Origin: an uncultured Acidobacteriota bacterium
GTDB taxonomy: Bacteria; Acidobacteriota; UBA6911
Length of the DNA stretch: 64,000 nt
Assembly: GCA_963827655.1 (NCBI GenBank)
Contig: CAWHCF010000026.1
Span: 32,001 to 96,000 of the forward strand
Direction of reading: 5' to 3'
Of the stretch, positions 60,601 through 64,000 are shown piece after piece. Numbering within the stretch: position 1 is the first letter of the stretch; each line of letters opens with the position of its first letter. The notes beneath the pieces are model-generated. The model was given only the letters and a program-made list of their open reading frames with translations. It ran no database searches and was not told where the DNA came from. The translations under genes were made by a program, and so were the position numbers.

Positions 60601-63349
60601 TGCACTGATCGACCAGGTGTACGGTGCAGTTCTGCCCGTGGCTGCGAATGCCGCCGAATACGCTACCCCAACCGTTCCGTTTGGAACGGATTCCGTCGTG
60701 ATCGTCAATGCTGAAGGACTGATCATGCCACTATAGGATCGGCTCGCCATCTGAGGCGAGGGTGTCGTACTGTCGGTAACTCTCACCGTGAAGTTGAAGG
60801 GACCAGCCGCGGACGGCGTGCCTGTGATTGCCCCCGTCGTGACGTTCTGCGTCAGTCCAGCAGGAAGTGAGCCTGCACTAATCGCCCAGGTGTACGGTGC
60901 AGTTCCGCCCGTGGCTGCGAATGCCGCCGAATAGACCACTCCAACCGTTCCGTTTGGAACGGATTCTGTCGTGATCGTTGGAGGAACTAATCACGTCACT
61001 AATCGTGCCACTATAGGATCGGCTCGCCATCTGAGGCGAGGGTGTCGTACTGTCGGTAACTCTCACCGTGAAGTTAAAAGGACCAGCCGCGGATGGCGTG
61101 CCTGTGATTGCCCCCGTCGCTGACGTTCTGCGATCAGTCCAGCAGGAAGTGAGCCTGCACTAATCGCCCAGGTGTACGGTGCAGTTCCGCCCGTGGCTGC
61201 GAATGCCGCCGAATAGACCACACCAACCGTTCCGTTTGGAACGGACTCTGTCGTGATCGTTGGAGGAACAATCACGTCACTAATCATGCCACTATAGGAT
61301 CGGCTCGCCATCTGAGGCGAGGGTGTCGTACTGTCGGTAACTCTCACGGTGAAGTTAAAAGGACCAGCTGCGGATGGCGTGCCCGTGATTGCCCCCGTCG
61401 TGACGTTCTGGGTCAGTCCAGCAGGAAGCGCCCCGGCGCTGATCGACCAGCTGTACGGCGCTTTTCCCTCCTGTGGCTGCGAATGGTGGTGCCGAATACG
61501 CTACCCCAACGGTTCCGTTTGGAACGGATTCTGTCGTGATCGTCAATGACAATCACGGACTAGATCATGCCACTATAGGATCGGGTCGCCATCTGAGGCG
61601 AGGGTGTCGTACTGTCGGTAACTCTCACGGTGAAGTTGAAGGGACCAGCCGCGGATGGCGTGCCCGTGACTGCCCCCGTCGTGGGGTTCTGCGTCAATCC
61701 AGCAGGAGGTGCCCCTGCACTAATGGACCAGGTGTACGGCGCAGTTCCGCCGGTGGCCGCGAATGGTGCCGAATACGCTACCCCAACCGTTCCGTTTGGA
61801 ACAGATTCGGTCGTGATCGTTGGAGGAGGAGGCTGACTAGGTGGAGGAGGACCAGGAGGACGACTAGGAGGACTAATAATCATGCCGCTATAGGCTCGGG
61901 TCGCCATCTGAGCGTGGTGTCGTACTGTCGGTAACTCTCACCGTGAAGTTGAAGGGACCAGCCGCGGATGGCGTGCCTGTGATTGCCCCCGTCGTGGAGC
62001 TCTGCGTCAGTCCAGCAGGAAGCGCCCCGGCGCTGATCGACCAGGTGTACGGCGTCTTCCCACCTGTGGCTTCGAATGGTGGGGTCGAATATGCTACCTC
62101 AACCGTTCCGTTCGGCACCGACTGAGTTGTGATCATTAGTGAGGAGCACGCGTCAATTATTGCGTACGGACGAGGAGGATCATCCTTTGGGTTGTTCGTG
62201 GCAATTTCATCGGACTCGAGCATCAGTTGAAACCGAGGACGTGAGGAGCTCTCGGAAGGAGCTGCGCAGCCGGATGCGGGAGAGACGCCGGGCGCGAGCG
62301 CAACGGCTGCCAGGATGGTTCCAGTCGTTGTTACACCGCTCCTGAGCACGATTAGCGGAGCGAGAGTAAACGTCTCGACGGCTAAATCGCTGAGGCCCAC
62401 CTGATTCAATGATTCGAAACTATAAATCCCGAAAGCGGTGCCGGCGGTTGGGCTGAAACCGCTATCCAAGAGTATGAGCTGCGCATTCGTCCGCGGATCC
62501 CTACTGCTAGAGGCTGGCCAAATGATTCCCGATACGCTGGCGGGGATGCCTTCGAGCCATACGAGGAATTGCGTGGAGTTAGTCGGGGCGGCTAAAGCCG
62601 GTCCTTCCTCCTCCCTGCGGTCATTTGAGGCATTGTTGTCATTGTTGGAATCACGGTCTACAAATGCACGAGCAAATCCTTCTGCGATTCGGATGTTGTA
62701 AGACGGGATGGCCGTACCTGCCGGAGCCTTGCCCGTCGTGGGATAGCACAACAGAATCGCGTCCGACGTAATGTTGACGTTCATAGCGTCAAAAGATTTC
62801 GCCACGAGGGCCCGTTCTGGAGAAAAAGAATGGGCGGCAGGGTCGTCGATGGATTGAAGGTCCACAAAAAGATCGGTGGAGGGAGTGATGGCCAGGCTGG
62901 TATCAATCCGGGCCCGCATACTATGGATGCGGATGAACTCTTTCTCGGCGAGTTTTACCCCGGGGAGCAGATTGATGATTATGAATCCGATGCACCGGCC
63001 ATTGATAATGCGATTCTCAATACTCGCAATGGTAGGATTCGCTGCCGCAAAACCCGGGCTGCGACCGAGCCTGATCGTGGGCAAAGTATTGTCGATCTGC
63101 AGCGCGGGGCTGCTATAGATCAGCGCAATTCGCGCGGGACCTCCACTCGAGGTCCCGGTCACGTTCCCCGTGCCGCGGACGCTAAGAACGACGGCGCCTG
63201 TAACCTCCGAACGGGCCGGTGTTTATCACCTCGGTCGGGCTGGTAACTACATCCCAGCGTACGGCGCCATAGCCTGTGCCAGCGAAGCCGAACAGCAGAA
63301 ACCACAACCACGCGAGCTGGGCCGTTCGATTGCTTTTTGGAAGAATCAT
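57644..63349 (-). CDS. Giant secreted surface protein: N-terminal domain, seven putative-Ig (He_PIG) repeats, about four IPT/TIG-like domains, C-terminal beta domains; many frameshifts
   Basis: Signal peptide at 63349; repeated ITTESVPNGTVGVAYSAAFAATGGTAPYTWSI..GAITGTP; TIG-like LTVNGSNFV..WNG; ends ..SVLSAVPPQVLPP* at 57644 (my manual translation). Confidence 0.8.
60175..62135 (-). repeat. Seven tandem coding repeats of about 270-300 bp
   Basis: Recurring ggtgtcgtactgtcggtaactctcac and ccgttccgtttggaacgga blocks. Confidence 0.9.
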
Positions 63350-63538
63350 AAAATCTTGCTCCAGTGATTCTGACTCAACACCACCGCACCTAGATTGTTG
63401 CGCGGGCTTTCTTTGCCTGCGCGACGATTCAAAATGGCCGTCCCTCTGTGTAAGCGAGAAATCCTGGCGGAAGCTATCATTCGAGAGTGAGAATTCTATC
63501 GCACGCGAATTCAAAGGACAGCGAAGTCACAAAGGAAT

Positions 63539-63554
63539 AGCAATTGCCGGACCA
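63539..63554 (-). promoter_or_regulatory. Putative sigma-54 promoter of the giant surface protein gene
   Basis: Minus strand TGGTCCGGCAATTGCT has exact -24 GG/-12 GC spacing, about 190 nt upstream of the ATG. Confidence 0.45.
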
Positions 63555-64000
63555 CAGTCCGAGATAAGCCGCATTCAAGCCGATTCCGCATTCGAAATCG
63601 TTTATCAACTCGCAATTGCGTTCTTTGGTCTACGGGATTGCGGATTGCGTTTTACCAGCCAATTACTATCTGATCGGATACTGACGCTATACAAATAGGA
63701 TAGGCTTTGCGGCAGTCAGGCGAAGAAGGGGAAGACGTTGTAACGATCCACCGGCACGCAAGTTTGTAGGCCCTGGTTGTTCCGCCAGGATAGATTAGCC
63801 GTGCGCTTGAGCCCCTCCATGTACGGCCCAGATGGCTGCAAGCCGACGCATGAGATCGAAGAACGCCGCTTCCACACAGTGTGCGAGCACGACACCGGTA
63901 ATGTCGGGGCACTCCCCCGTTCTTTCTCTAGCGTATCGATCATGCTGCAATGGATAAGAGCTTTAGAGTATCGAGATGCTCCAGGAACGCCTGCATGAGG

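Noticed and set aside
60175-62135. Diversity-generating retroelement TR/VR pair
   Set aside because: The repeats are in-frame tandem Ig domains, the differences are not obviously adenine-specific, and there is no reverse transcriptase in the window.
1-63349. Mass pseudogenisation or programmed frameshifting in more than ten long genes
   Set aside because: Breaks are scattered 1-nt indels, some in homopolymers, with catalytic motifs intact and no shared slippery motif. Long-read consensus error is the simplest explanation; read polishing would decide.
63700-63900. c-di-GMP riboswitch upstream of the surface protein gene
   Set aside because: Only isolated short matches (gcaaagc, gcagcc); the GEMM stem order could not be built.

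Overview
GC-rich bacterial DNA with an Acidobacteriota-like gene set (inferred from three Oar-type TonB-dependent transporters, two ADOP-type ABC permeases with a PadR regulator, DUF1501 plus PSCyt2/PSD1, and an ECF sigma next to a Hanks kinase with a TolB-like propeller). It encodes mostly exported peptidases and hydrolases, transporters, signalling proteins and a roughly 1,900-aa Ig-repeat surface protein. Many long genes carry 1-nt frameshifts that look like long-read consensus errors. I found no rRNA, tRNA, CRISPR array or intact transposase. The most unusual feature is the intergenic DNA. At least five families of short repeats or MITEs are present, several sitting directly against stop codons, and many spacers hold short gene fragments (MNT-HEPN, TPR, TIR, rve integrase, serine recombinase, amidohydrolase). 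One repeat-led MNT-HEPN fragment is bracketed by an exact 18-bp duplication of the neighbouring gene's 3' end, which suggests repeat-guided capture of DNA. A second highlight is a cluster with export signals on a SelA/DgaE-like PLP enzyme, a RidA protein, an amidohydrolase and a sugar isomerase, suggesting a periplasmic amino-sugar-acid deamination route. All calls come from reading the sequence and ORF track by eye; no searches were run.
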